Source of the DNA: Hydrurus foetidus
Lineage: Eukaryota
Length of the DNA stretch: 32,604 bases
Assembly: GCA_900617105.1 (NCBI GenBank)
Contig: UYFQ01000784.1
Span: forward strand, 1-32,604
Direction: 5' to 3'
Position numbers and translations under genes: made by a program. The notes beneath the pieces were generated by a model. The model saw only the letters and a program-made list of their open reading frames with translations, was not told the DNA's origin and searched no databases. Below, piece after piece: positions 9,800 to 30,500 of the stretch. Positions within the stretch are counted from its first letter, which is position 1; each line of letters opens with the position of its first letter.

Positions 9800-11164
9800 A
9801 TGGCCTACCAGAAATTCCGGGAGGTGTTGGCTCAGCTAGAGGAGGATCAGTCGTTATTTGAATCCGAAATCGGCCATGAACTTCAAGGAATACACCATGA
9901 GAATCTCATTAGATTGGGCGGAAAGATGTGCAAAAAATTAGTAGTTTTAGCGAAGATCGGTCGGAATTTCGCGGAGAGTATTCAGCCTACAGACTTCATA
10001 CCGAAAATAACTGAAGCAATGGAGGAATATGAGAACCTGATTATGCCCCCAAAAGTATTCGGTGGATTCTGTCCGTGCTTAAAGCCCGCAAGAGATGGGC
10101 CTGAGTATGATAAGAGATTTCGGGCGGTATTTGCGAAGGTTGTGTCCGCGTTGTTTGTTTGCCAAGCAGTAGTCATCGAGCATTCTGGCGAGCTATTGAA
10201 CACGGAAAGCATGCATTTTAAAGATTACATTACTAGAATGAAGACTGTCCACGATACTCTGCACGCTATGTCAACTAAAGGGAATGAGCAGATAAGGGAA
10301 AAGTGTAGAGTTGAGCTCCTAGCATCTGTCGAGGCAGTGAATAAGTTCATGAAATTGTTTGACGTCGATACGCAGGAATATGCGGGGGAGGTTACTAGTA
10401 CACTCAATTCTGTCAGTGACCTTCTCCAGTCTCGTCGGGAGGGAGGATTAGACAGGAGGGCCCTAGTGTCGGCTCAGAGTAGTTTGCAGGAAGTGATGAA
10501 CTCTGCAGCCAGTGTGTCAATGAAGAAAGCAAAGGAAAGTCTTGCAGCGATAGAAGCGTTGGTAAAGAATCTGAAAGACATCAGGGAAGCAGAGCTTGCT
10601 GCATTCGATGATATGGAACCCCGCATACGAGAGAGCGGATTGACAGAAATGTTGGCCAGATTAAAAGAGGACAGCGAGATTGTCTACAGTGATGCAAACC
10701 TGAAACTAAGAGATGGAGCCAAGAGATGGACCCAAGTTAAGGGTGGATCGATGCCCAGGGCTGTTGCTGAGTACAAAGAGGACACCTTCATCCCTACGGG
10801 TGGTGGACTGTCGGACCCTATAACTCTCCCCACTATGGATCCCGAGAAATTATTCCGCGGCACTGGTAAGAACATCAAAAACGCACTGGTGATGCCGGGA
10901 AAGGCTGTAGACAGTGTCTTTGGGGTCTTAGATAATGGTGTTGAGCGATTGGTTGTTGGCAGCAAGGGAGCTGTGAACGGAATATCTAGCGGAGCAAAAG
11001 AAGCTTTTAAAGGGGCGAAAAATGCTGTTCAGCCTGTTGAGAAATTGTTTGGAATCGAGAGTGCAGACACGCGGACCAAACACGAAGCCCATCCTGTTAA
11101 AAAGGGTGGAGTCACGGGAATGCTGGCTGGTGCAAGCAGCTTCCTCAACCCACTAGATTTGTAA
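9800..11164 (+). CDS. Hypothetical 454-aa protein, helical/coiled-coil, intronless
   Basis: Long clean ATG-TAA ORF with an in-frame stop just upstream, amphipathic helical composition, and a Gly/Ala/Lys-rich C-terminal tail. No family recognised with confidence. Confidence 0.8.
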   Translation: MAYQKFREVLAQLEEDQSLFESEIGHELQGIHHENLIRLGGKMCKKLVVLAKIGRNFAESIQPTDFIPKITEAMEEYENLIMPPKVFGGFCPCLKPARDGPEYDKRFRAVFAKVVSALFVCQAVVIEHSGELLNTESMHFKDYITRMKTVHDTLHAMSTKGNEQIREKCRVELLASVEAVNKFMKLFDVDTQEYAGEVTSTLNSVSDLLQSRREGGLDRRALVSAQSSLQEVMNSAASVSMKKAKESLAAIEALVKNLKDIREAELAAFDDMEPRIRESGLTEMLARLKEDSEIVYSDANLKLRDGAKRWTQVKGGSMPRAVAEYKEDTFIPTGGGLSDPITLPTMDPEKLFRGTGKNIKNALVMPGKAVDSVFGVLDNGVERLVVGSKGAVNGISSGAKEAFKGAKNAVQPVEKLFGIESADTRTKHEAHPVKKGGVTGMLAGASSFLNPLDL

Positions 11165-12738
11165 TCTATGCAGAGGACATATGATTTACTTCTCACTACG
11201 GTATTATCTCATCTGGTCTACTTTGTTCTGGTGGACATCAAATACTTCACATGATCCGCATGGCATCAATTTTCTCCAATACTCTAATGTATCGTAATGA
11301 GAATCTCTACCATGGACTAGAGTTCTACAGTACCTGTGTGCTCTCTTCCTATTCGCCATTTGTGCCTTCCTGTGTCCGTGGCGACAGACATTGACCTCAC
11401 CGCACTGCTCAGTATCTCTGACGGCTCTCGTTCCCTCCCTCCAACCCTTCATTCTCTTCACGTCCATTTCACTCAGTCGCTGACTCGACAATATGTGATC
11501 CGCACACCTTGATGTTCAATGTTCAGTCAGAGAGATAACAGGCAGCTGTATTGAAGGTGTCCACTGCGCGCAGACTGTGCTTACGATATTCAATTAGGGC
11601 ATCTCATCCATACTACAATGCACTTTATTGAGCGCGAGATGAATTTTCTTCTGCTGGAAAATGGTTCTTATTCTCACAAAATACTGATTATTTACTTTGT
11701 TCACGTCGACTTGAATTGATTCTGTTCAAGATATTACTTGTGCAACTAAATATTACAGCTTTGAGCCTTTTTTCTCCTATCAATTCTTCCAGAGAGATAA
11801 GATTGATGGCTTGTTGCAGGCCATCGCTATCTGTTGCCATCTTAACATCAATAGTGATATTCTATTCTACGTAATATTTTCAATTTGAAGTGATGCGAGA
11901 GACATCAGACCTGAATACGTTGTCATCGCGGTAAGTGCGAAGACGGAAGGTGGTGGTCGAAACCATAGACTAGACCAAATCGAATATGGTCAATTACTCC
12001 GAATCTTTCTGTCGGAGGCCACATCGATGAGCATCTTGATGCGGATGCTCTACTCGTGGCAGTCAACTATTGTGTAAGTACAACGTGTTGATGGTACCTC
12101 TGTTGACTGTGACATACATACACAGATGAATTCTGAATTCTGAACGTAAACTAATTTATCGCACTTAATATGGCGCACAAATATTTAACCGGGGTTTTTT
12201 ACGCACATGCGTCGATTAATCTATGTTTAGTCGGAGCTACCTGATTTATGATTTCACATACCTCGACTCCGTAAACTAAACTCTAAACTCTTCCATAGAA
12301 TTCGGCAGAAAATATTTTAAAAAATATTACTTCTATAGGTGGGCCATTCTGTACGTTATATCCGACAGGCAGTTACACGTTACACAGAGCGTGTCTGTAA
12401 ACTGTGAACGATTCGATTATACCGAGTACAATCAACAATCAACTTTGACAACGAAGTCAGACAGAGCTGCAGATCTAGTTCCTGAGGCTGTGCTAAAATC
12501 AATCGTGCGGAGAAGCGCATCTTTAGTCTGTCGACATGGTTGGCTATTCAAAGAAAAACTTCAAGAAAGACGTGAAGAAAACGACGACAGCCCTGGGAAT
12601 GAATCTTCGTTGTCTTGATTAGATAGAAGGCACAGAAACAATGTCAAGGACCAATCTGAAGATACACAGTGCTATGCTACATTATATCGGCGCAAAATAT
12701 TGATGACGCTCACCAATGAGCATAAAAGAGCTGTTTAA

Positions 12739-20917
<8,179 letters not shown>

Positions 20918-22630
20918 ACAGAACTGCTGACAACATAGAGAGGTGAGATGAGATCAGACAAGTTGGGGGCGATTATTTATTTTCCTTCTGCACCTGAATA
21001 CGATATGATATTGGTTTAGGTATCGGTATTGGATTGACACCGACTCCATCGACTGATGGGCTAGACACTAGAGTTGAGTTGGATCGAATGCAGTAAAGCA
21101 ACGCAGAGCTATGCAGCAGAGCAGTGAAGAGTCTCCGTGTAGTGGAGATGGATCTTTGATGTTTGATATTTCATATTTGGTTTGACAATCCCATTATCTG
21201 GTTTTATTCTTGCATATTTAATGCAACGTTACGAAGAGGCACTGAACAGTAGAGTACCATTTTTACTTTCACAGTACGATGATGCCCATTACACACACAA
21301 GTACAGTGCAGTACAGTACAGTGCAGTAGATAGAATATCGGTGGCAGCTTCCTTCCTTCTCTCTGTCCATTTCTGACAGTCCAATTTATTACTACAGTAC
21401 GATTACTTTCTTCGCGGTCATCTCGCATTATTACCGGCCACCCTTTCATCCAGTGCAATACACCGTTATCCAGTTCAGTTCAATTTGAATTCTATTGTAG
21501 ATGTTCACTAGCTTGGGCGGGACTGATTTTGTAGCATTCAATATTCACCTTAAGAAATTCGATTTGCTACGCACTAAACTGACGAGACTTCGACATGCAG
21601 CTGCGAATATAATTCTCTGCCTCAGTGAAATTGTTCTCGATATTGGATACTGTAGTTGATGTGCATCATGCATGGCATACATGGAATTCCATTCCATTCC
21701 ATTCCTGACATGACACGACACGACGCTGACAGATTTGCTCTTCATATCAGCGTCGGAGTAAGAGGGACTGGACATCAACTGAGAGCCTATGCAAGTTGAA
21801 GAAGAATGGATATATGGCTTGAGCGCAAGGACACTGCGTGCAAGTTACCTTACCGCATTTTGATGCAAACAGCACGGGCACGGCAGTTTCAGAATTAGAG
21901 ATACGCGGGTTCTGTGATATCGAAATTATTAAATTATTTTGCTTGCACAGCGGCCACTCAAGGGGCTCAAATGACACGGAGCAAAATTAATTCGAAATGC
22001 TATAAATAGTGAATAGTGAGTCACACACCGAGACTCGTGATGACAATTATGGTGCAAATAACTGATTTTATTTACAGAAAACATCGCAGTTAACTCGCTT
22101 CAATTTGTACTGTGTGTACCGTTGGTACAGCCTTTTTGACACTGGTACCGATTAAAAACACACCCTTGAGCTCTGTTGAGTTGTCTGTTGCCAACTATAA
22201 CGTGTCAATCGACAAAATGAAAGATCAGTGTTAGTATTACAATTTTCGAGTCGATTGACAAATGGGCAGAGCTACATACTGACAAACAAGAAACACACGG
22301 AACTGCAACTATCAACATCGAATAGTGTCATTTCGGATAAATTTGGCATTGAACGGATCCAACGTTATTTGATTCTGATTATTCCTCAGTCGAGGAAGCA
22401 TCTGGTTGCGGATCGGATCGCAAGGTTCCAGAAACATTCTCATTTCCGCGAAAACATCTGAGCCAAAAAGGCCACCCTTTGGGGACGAAGAACTTACATG
22501 CTGAAAGTAATAGTGATATTGCCTCTCATATCATGGGGCGCTCAAAGATGATCTCGGGTGCATCAGCACTCGTCTCTAAATACGATGCATCACAACCTTA
22601 TTTCTTCAATTAGTCTTTCCGCGTAATTAC

Positions 22631-23151
22631 TTAATTGGCGAAAGTTATCTTTGCATCACACCTGTACATGTATTCCCCAGACACTTCTATAAATGTTTCC
22701 CCTTCCACCAGTTCTGTAAAAAAAAAATATCCCCCTGTTGAAGATTTTCTCGCACCAACTAGCACCATGCTGAGCATTCCGATCTCTTCTTCAACTAAAT
22801 CTGACTTATCATCACATGACCCCTGAGAGAAAGACACCTGTTTCCCATCTCTAAATTCACTGAACACTTGAATTGCAGAGACCAATGCGGGTTCATCGCG
22901 GACATATTGGAGCCCAATTTCACATATTTCAGTGTAGGCATTCGCCAAAGTACCTTCGTGAGTATTAGAAAACTTCACAGAGTCAGAAAAAAATTCAAAT
23001 TGCAAATACTTCTTAGAATTTCCAGGGAAGAATAACCACCCTCATTATTGCGCAAAAAGTCGATCAGTTGTTGCCCAGACAAGAATTCATTTGCGTATCT
23101 CCGAATGTCGAGGGTCGATGTCGTCGTTGTGTTTTCGCCATTTGTAGCCAT
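22631..23151 (-). CDS. Hypothetical ~170-aa protein with one apparent frameshift (~23015), or a pseudogene
   Basis: ATG at 23151 gives MATNGENTTTTSTLDIRRYANEFLSGQQLIDFLRNNEGGYSSLEIL; a 1-nt shift joins it to KKYLQFEFFSD... of the listed 22631..23005 ORF. No family recognised. Confidence 0.45.
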
Positions 23152-23172
23152 TGCAATGAGTTAATGCTTAAG

Positions 23173-23620
23173 TGTTGATAACAGATAGTAGAGTTATCAC
23201 GGCATAGCGTACATTCGTACATAAGATCCAATCAACATCATCATTGGTGAGCAGAGCTTCTTTTGCATCTCATCATGACGTTCGCTTTCTCTATATGATC
23301 ATATTATAAGAAAAACACTCGTCGAATAGCAGCATTCGTTTGACACGTTAGACTCGCGAGCTGCGATCAACAGTTGTTCTTAGATCATCACGACAAAGAA
23401 TGGACAGTAAATTCCAACCAAATCTCCATCAAAATGCGAGACAAATTTTATCGAGTGGAGAAGTACCGTCATAGAAGCCTACGGACAATCCTGTAAAGTG
23501 TATAATCAGCACGGTCTATTGGGATTTCAATTATCTGACACAGCATGGGCAGCCTTACCTGGTAACACTACAGTAGCAGAACCAGTCGATAATTTACCAG
23601 CGGTAGTCACAATTTCACCT
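23173..23620 (+). mobile_element. Probable Ty1/copia 5' end (LTR + start of gag), interrupted by a gypsy insertion
   Basis: TGTTGAT at 23173; complementary ATCAACA ends at 23372 (200-bp LTR containing TATTATAAG ~23301; an alternative end is at 23237). The termini match those of the LTR at 2059-2223. ATG ~23400, then ...NFIEWRSTV...HGLLGFQLSDTAWAALPGN..., which resembles the N-terminus of algal copia gag and is cut exactly at the gypsy LTR. Confidence 0.6.
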
Positions 23621-23860
23621 TGTAGCCTTATGCATCCCTATATGGATACAATGTGTCTAGGTATACTAGTTACAATAGGCCCATTACGCCCAGATTCCAG
23701 TTTAGGTCTTAGTTCCGTATATGACGTGAGTGCACTTAGCGTACACATCACCTTCATCTATTCAACTGTAAGATATTAACACAAGTCTATTCCACCGACT
23801 TCCACTTTTCCTTGCCCACCAACAACAGCTCCAACGTCCTAGGCCCCGCCCCAGACCACA
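23621..23860 (+). repeat. 5' LTR of gypsy A (240 bp)
   Basis: TGTAGCC...GACCACA; alignable with 27190-27451. The 3' boundary is inferred from the imperfect inverted terminus. Confidence 0.8.
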
Positions 23861-23963
23861 ATATCGATATTTGGTCGATACCAAAGCTTTTTTTTTGCGA
23901 GAAATTCATTTCTCCACGCCATCATTTTCAAATCCCATCACTCATATCCGACAGTCGAAGACA

Positions 23964-26900
23964 ATGGCTCTCCGACGCCAGGACAAGAGGATTAGCACCA
24001 TCAACTCCCTTCGCCGATAACGACAGCCCCCTAGAGCTGTCGCCGTCGCCTTCCGACAACGTTACGAGGAGCACCACAATCGTGGAGGAGATAACATCAA
24101 GTCTCCTGGGCCACCTGCGGCTCAGGACCCCGCCGGCGACCTGTCTGCACCGATTCCTCAGCGGAATTCGGAGCCTGCGGTCTCGTCTGTCATTGATGTT
24201 CCTGTTTTATCTGCTTTATCCGCTCTAACGTTATCACCAGTTTCGACTGCGACACCAGCTTCGGCTGAGATACCAGCTTCGGCTGAGACACCAGATTCGT
24301 CTGCGACACCAGCTTCGGCTGAGATTCCACGTTCGATGGCACCACCTCAGCACTATGTGCAAACGGGTGAGAGAGCTCCTAAGTTGAGCGCCGTGCCCTC
24401 TCGTCAGGAAGTACTACGGGTAATGGAGGTCCTCCTTTCAAATGGAACTCCATTTAAACCAATTGATGTAATCCATGTTTCCAACCATCAATCGTTTACA
24501 ACGCTTCTCAAGCGTAAGTTTGCAACTGATCCCGATCGTCGCGACTCCTGTAACAATTGGAAACATTGGTCGAATCAATTGTTCTGTAGAGAACTAAATC
24601 TCACAGTTCCTACATCAGCTGTCAATCGAACTGACAAGCTGAGTTTCATTGAAACTGTCTCTCAGGTCGCACTCCAATTCGACCTGAAGGATAAATCAGT
24701 GGAAGACAAGACAGATCAGCTTTTAGCTGATATTGTTGATGGATTCCCTGATGCAACACCCGCTCTCCAACTTCAGGCAACTAAAATTCTCACCGATAAG
24801 TTGCCAGTCGAATCTATCAATTGGAGAACAGTGTTACAGCGAAGTCTTAACAATACAACGCCAAGACTCATTACAATCGAAGACTTTCGATTCGTATGGC
24901 TTGCGCAGCTTGCTAAGCTACGAGAATCAATTGATGCCTTACGGTTCATTGATGTCTCTCCTTTGAATGGTGATAACTCTCGCCAAATCAAAGCTCCTGC
25001 TCGTTCCTCTCAGGACAAAATCAAAAAACGTCCACGAGAGAACGAGCAATCTGTGCAGTCAGACAAGTCTGACAAACATGAAAGACCTCTCTGCACAGGT
25101 TGTGGGAGACTTGGCCATTTCGTTGCCACTTGTTTCTACACTACGTCTCCGTACTATAACAGTACAGACGCACCCTATATCAACTCTGAGGGTCACAAGC
25201 AGTTGTTGAAAGTCGATTCAAAGGCTAAGTTTATTCCAACTTTACCTAAGACATCGACCTCTTCTTCATCGTCTTCCTCTTCTTCTTCCTCTTCGTCAAA
25301 ACCTGCTACTTCAACAGCAGACTCGACACACGCTGCGAAGAAACACAAAGGTGAGCAACTATGCAACCTAAATTCATCATATATTCTTTCCGATGATCCA
25401 GAACTTATTCCTTTCTTCGCATCTCCCCTCTCACAGGAGGTTATGTTGGAAAAAAGTAATAGAGTCTTTACTCTCCTGGACACCGGCTCTTTTGCTGGCA
25501 ACTTTATACATCGCCGCATTATAACTAATCATAATTTCACACAATTCGTTTCTAACTCTTCAAAGAAATTGTGTAAAGTTTGTAGTGGTCTAGATAATCA
25601 TTGTTATGATATTTCTGACACTATAGACTTAACTCTTTCTTATTTTTGCCCTGATTTAAATAATTATTATACTTTTCAAATCACGGCTTATGTTTTAAAC
25701 GATTCGAAATTTGATCTAATAGTGGGACGAAAAGCAATTCGCGAATTGAATTTGTTTTCACGATTCCCCGATCAAATATCTGCCAATGCTTCATCAAGCA
25801 CTACCTCATTAGCGGAAGTTTTATCATCTGAGCAAGTGGATATAACGTGTGGCTGTCAGCCTAAGGAGAAGTTGCAACCCTCTGACGGCTCCCCAAAGGT
25901 CGATCCGTTAACCCAAAAGGTGAAACCGGCAGTAACCCAAACACACGTTATTCTAGCTTCACTAATACAAGAGTCTGAAAGACTTTTTGAGGCTGTGCCC
26001 CCTGATGAGGACGAAATCGGCGACTCGATCAAGGACTCGTTTTACCTTGGATAGATGAATTTCTTGATACTGACCCACTCTCGCAAATAAACTTAGCAGG
26101 TGATGAAAATCAAAAAAATAAACTTCGGTTACTACTACACGAATTCAAGGATATATTTAGCGGTGAACTATCACAAACTCCTGCTGATATTCCACATTTT
26201 GACTTTAATGTCAATGACGACCAATGGAAAGTCACTAAAAATAAACAACCTCCATGGTCTAAATCAACAGTTGATCAAGCTGACATGCTTAGTCAGATTA
26301 CAAAACTTGAAAACAATGATTGTTCGGTGGTTTATGGCCTTATCCGAATATTCATTTAAAGTTGAATCTATACCTGGTGCTCAATGATATAGCTGATTCG
26401 ATGTCTCGACTCTGTTGCAATAACATGGTTGATTTCCCTCAGGAACATACTCCCGATGCAATCATGTCTGCTAATACTATTGAAAATTCAAACTAACACG
26501 TGGTCAGTACAATACAATCAGTAAAGTACACAATTCACGAGTTGGGCATTTTGGCCTTGAGCGCGCTCTAAAGCGTCTCATTGACAAAAGATAGTATGGC
26601 AATATATGCGTCAGCATGTCGGGTGGTTCATAGATCACTGTTCGTTTTGTCAGAAAATGAGTATGTTAAAGATACCAATACATGCTCATGGTTTCTCGAT
26701 TTCTACTTACACACCTATGGATGCCTTAACATAGACTTCATAGGACCGTTTCCCAGACAGCAGGTACTTACTCGTAATTATCGATACGTTCACAAGATAG
26801 GTTGAACTGTTTCATACAGAAGATGCTACAGCACTTTCAACAGCTAAATGCCTCTTGCAACACTTCGGTCGTTTCGGCGCACCTCTCCAACTCCGTTCTG

Positions 26901-27189
26901 ATAATGGGCCACACTTCATTTCCGAAGTTATTAGAGAGTTTCTAACTCTTATTGGCACTCAACATTGTCTTACTTTAGCATATTCTAAAGAAGAAAATGC
27001 TATTGTTGAGCGCATGAATAAAGAAGTAAATAGACATCTTCGTGCATTAACATTCGATAATGTCACATTAGAAGATTATAAAACGTCACTTCCATTTGTG
27101 CAACGAATTTTAAATTCTAATTACAGTGACCGTTTAAAAATATCATCTTCTCAACTTCTTTTCGGAAATGTACTTAAACTCGATAGAGG
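23964..27189 (+). pseudogene. gag-pol: gag-pol of gypsy A, frameshifted and internally deleted
   Basis: ATG GCT CTC CGA CGC matches the element B start at 27546. 18-bp PASAE[IT] repeats at ~24256-24330. Deletion junction at ~26313; several frameshifts and a stop in the integrase region. Confidence 0.88.
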
Positions 27190-27451
27190 TGTAGCCTTAT
27201 TGCATTCCTAAGGGGATACAATGTGTCTAGGTTAACTAGGTACAATAGGTATACTACGCCCAGATTCCACTTTTAGGTCTTAGTTCTATGTATGATGTGA
27301 GTGCACTAGCGTACACATCACTTGTATATATTCAACTGTAAGATATTAACATAAGTCTTCTCTACCGACTTCCGCTTCCTCTTGCTCCACCGCTTGCCCA
27401 CCGTACCAGCCACCAACAGCTCCGACGTCCTAGGCCCCACCGTCGACCACA
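27190..27451 (+). repeat. 5' LTR of gypsy B (262 bp)
   Basis: TGTAGCC...GACCACA; homologous but visibly diverged from the LTR at 23621; followed by the leader and gag. Confidence 0.82.
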
Positions 27452-27545
27452 ATATCGATATTTGGTCTCCTACCAAAGTTTTTTCTTGAGAATTTTCTTC
27501 TCAAACTTATTTTATTCGTCTTCATTCTCCGACATCCGAGATATT

Positions 27546-30500
27546 ATGGCGCTCCGACGTCAGGGAAACAAGACGACCTCCATCAACACTTTGCGACGAC
27601 AACAGCAGCCACCTCGAGCTGTTGCCGTCGCGTTCCGACAACGCTACGACGAGCATCATAATCGTGGGGGAGATATTTTCGAGTCTCCTGGGCCACCTGC
27701 GGCTCAGGACCCCGCCGGCGACCTGTCTGCACCGATTCCTCAGCGGAATTCGGAGCCTGCGGTCATGTCTGCCATTGATGTCCCTGTCATTTCTGCGTTG
27801 AATGCTTTATCATTGCAACCAGCTTCGGCTGAGACACCAGCTTCGGCTGAGATACCAGCTTCGGCTGAGATACCAGATTCGTCTGCGACACCAGCCTCGG
27901 CTGAGATTCCACGTTCGATGGCACCACCTCAGCACTATGTGCAGACGGGTGAGAGAGCTCCTAAGTTGAGCGCCATGCCCTCTCGACAGGAAGTCTTACG
28001 AGTTACGGAGGTTCTACTTTCAAATGGAACTCCGTTTCGACCAATTGATGTCGTTCATGCTTCAAACCATCAATCGTTCACAACGCTTCTCAAGCGTAAA
28101 TTCGCGACGAATCCAACTCGTCGTGATGCGTGTAACGGTTGGAAGCATTGGACGAATCAAATGTTTTGTAGAGAATTAAATATCACAATTCCTACATCAG
28201 CTGTCAATCGTACTGACAAGCTGAGTTTCATTGAAACAGTTTCTCAGGTCCCACTTCAATTCGACCTGAAGAACAAATCAGTTGAAGATAAGACAGATCA
28301 ACTTTTAGCTGATATTGTTGATGCCTTCCCTGATGTGACACCTGCTCTCCAACTTCAGGCAACAAAAATTCTCATTGAGAAGTTGCCAGTCGAACCTGTC
28401 AATTGGAGAGCAGTGTTACAACGTTGTCTTGACGACACTACGCCTAGACTCATCACGATCGAAGATTTTCGATTCGTATGGCTGGCGCAGTTAGCAAAAC
28501 TTCGTGAATCAATTGATGCTTTGCGTTTCATTGATGTCACACCTTTGTATGGCAGTAACTCTCGCCAGATCAAAGCCCAACCTCGTTCTTCACTTGATTC
28601 GCAAATCAAAAAGCGTCAACGTGAAGACGAGCAATCTGTGCAGGCTGAAAAGTCTGATAGGCCTCCACGACCTATGTGCACAGGTTGTGGGAGACTCGGC
28701 CATGTAGTCGCCACGTGTTTCTACACTTCGTCTCCGTACTATAACAGTACAGACGCACCCTATATCAACTCTGAGGGTCATAAGCAGTTGTTGAAAGTTG
28801 ATCCGAGGCTAAGTTCATTCCAACTTTACCTAAGACAACCTCTTCTTCGTCTTCTTCCTCCTCTTCCTTCTTCGTCAAGGTCTGCTACTTCAACAGCAGA
28901 TTCGACACATCCTTCGAAGAAACACAAAGGTGAGCAACTATGCAATCTCAACTCATCATCTACTCTCTCCGATGATCCAGAGCTGATCCCTTTCTACATC
29001 TCTCCTCTTTCACAGGAGCCGTTGTTGGGAAAAAGTGATAGAGTATTTACTCTTCTGGACACCGGCTCTTTTGCTGGCAATTTTGTCAATCGCCGCATTA
29101 TAATTTCTCATAAACTAACACAATTTATAACTAAAACTAATAATAAATTGTGTAGAGTTTGTAGTGGATTAGATAATCATTGTTATGATATCTCTGATAC
29201 TATAGACTTAACTTTATCTTCTTTTTGCCATGATTTAAATAATTACTATACTTTTCCAATCACGGCTTATATTTTAGAAGATTCTAAATTTGATCTAGTA
29301 GTGGGACGTAAAACAATTCGTCAATTGAATTTGTTTTCACGATTCCCGGATCAAATATCCGCCAATGCTTCATCAGGCACTGTTCCGTTGGAAGAAGTTT
29401 TAACTTCTGAAGATGTGGACGTAACGTGTGGCTGCTTGCCTAAGGAGAATTTGCAACCCTCCGAAGGCTCCCCAAAAGTGGATCCTTTAACCCAAAAGGT
29501 GAAACCGGCAGTCACCCAAACACACGTTATTCTAGCCTCGCTGATTCAAGAGTCAGAAAGACTCTTTTGGAGCAGTACCACCTGATGAAGACGAAATCGA
29601 CGACTCGATCAAGGACTCGTTTTCACCTTGGATGGATGAATTTCCTGCTTCAGATCCACTCTCGCTAATACACATAGCAGGTGATGAAGAGCAGAAAAAC
29701 AAATTACGTATACTAGTACACGAATTTGAGGATATATTTAGCAGTGAACTATCACAAACTCCTGCTGATATTCCACCTTTTGACTTTAATGTCAATGATA
29801 CTAAATGGAAAGTACCTAAGAATAGGCAACCTCCATGGACAAAATCAAATGTTGATCAAGCTGACATCTTAAGTCAAATAACAAAGCTTGAAAAACATAA
29901 AATTGTCGAAAAATCAAACGCGGCATATTATAGCCAAGTTTTGTTAGTTCCTAAATCAGATGGAACTAAGCGTATGTGTATAGATTTTCGGAACTTAAAT
30001 AACTGTACCGAAGATACATCACATCCTATTCCACACATCGGTGAGATGTTGCGTCGAATAGGTGCACATGGAGCAAAAGTATTTGCTGTACTTGACCTTA
30101 CTCAAGGATATCATCAAGCACCACTTACGCTCGCTGCACGCGCTTATACTGCATTCATACTATTCTGCGGTGTATATCAATTTACTCGTTTACCTTTTGG
30201 GCCTAAACAAGCTCCCTCCTACTTCCAACAGATCATGACGACTGTTGTGTTAGCAGGGTTGATATACTCCATATGCGAAATGTATATTGATGATTGCAAT
30301 GTATTCGGTAAAGACATTGATGAACTCATTGCGAGACTTCGTCTTGTTTTTGAACGCTTTAGAAAACACAAAATATTCCTTAAACCGAATAAGTGTTATC
30401 TTGGCTACGCCGAAATAGACTATGTTGGCAAAGTTCTTTCTGCTGAAGGACTAAGAATGTCACAAGAAAAATACGGAATGTCTTAGATTTTCCTAAACCA

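Larger units (their letters stand above)
23621..27189 (+). mobile_element. Ty3/gypsy element A: 5' LTR, gag, protease, most of RT/RNase H deleted, integrase interrupted by element B
   Basis: Colinear with element B throughout. CTGCGRLGHFVATC zinc knuckle, LLDTGS protease, and IDFIGP / LRSDNG / ERMN integrase motifs. Confidence 0.92.

Noticed and set aside
11204..12700. Short ORFs (11204..11491, 12391..12618) and possible exons
   Set aside because: No motifs and no phase-consistent exon chain found; treated as intergenic or UTR.
20920..22600. Several 60-85-aa ORFs
   Set aside because: Low-complexity or non-ATG starts, no recognisable domains and no coherent splice model.
23173..23257. 65-bp mini-LTR followed by TGGTGAGCAGAGC as an initiator-Met PBS
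   Set aside because: The match needs an extra base and sits ~7 nt from the CA end; the 200-bp LTR containing the TATA-like box fits better. Not fully excluded.
23621..27451. The two gypsy LTRs as the 5'/3' pair of one element
   Set aside because: The second LTR interrupts integrase mid-domain, has no PPT, differs visibly from the first, and is followed by its own leader and gag.
29555..29640. Programmed gag/pol frameshift
   Set aside because: It falls after the protease, and element A reads through the same position in frame; better explained as a 1-nt insertion in a T-run.
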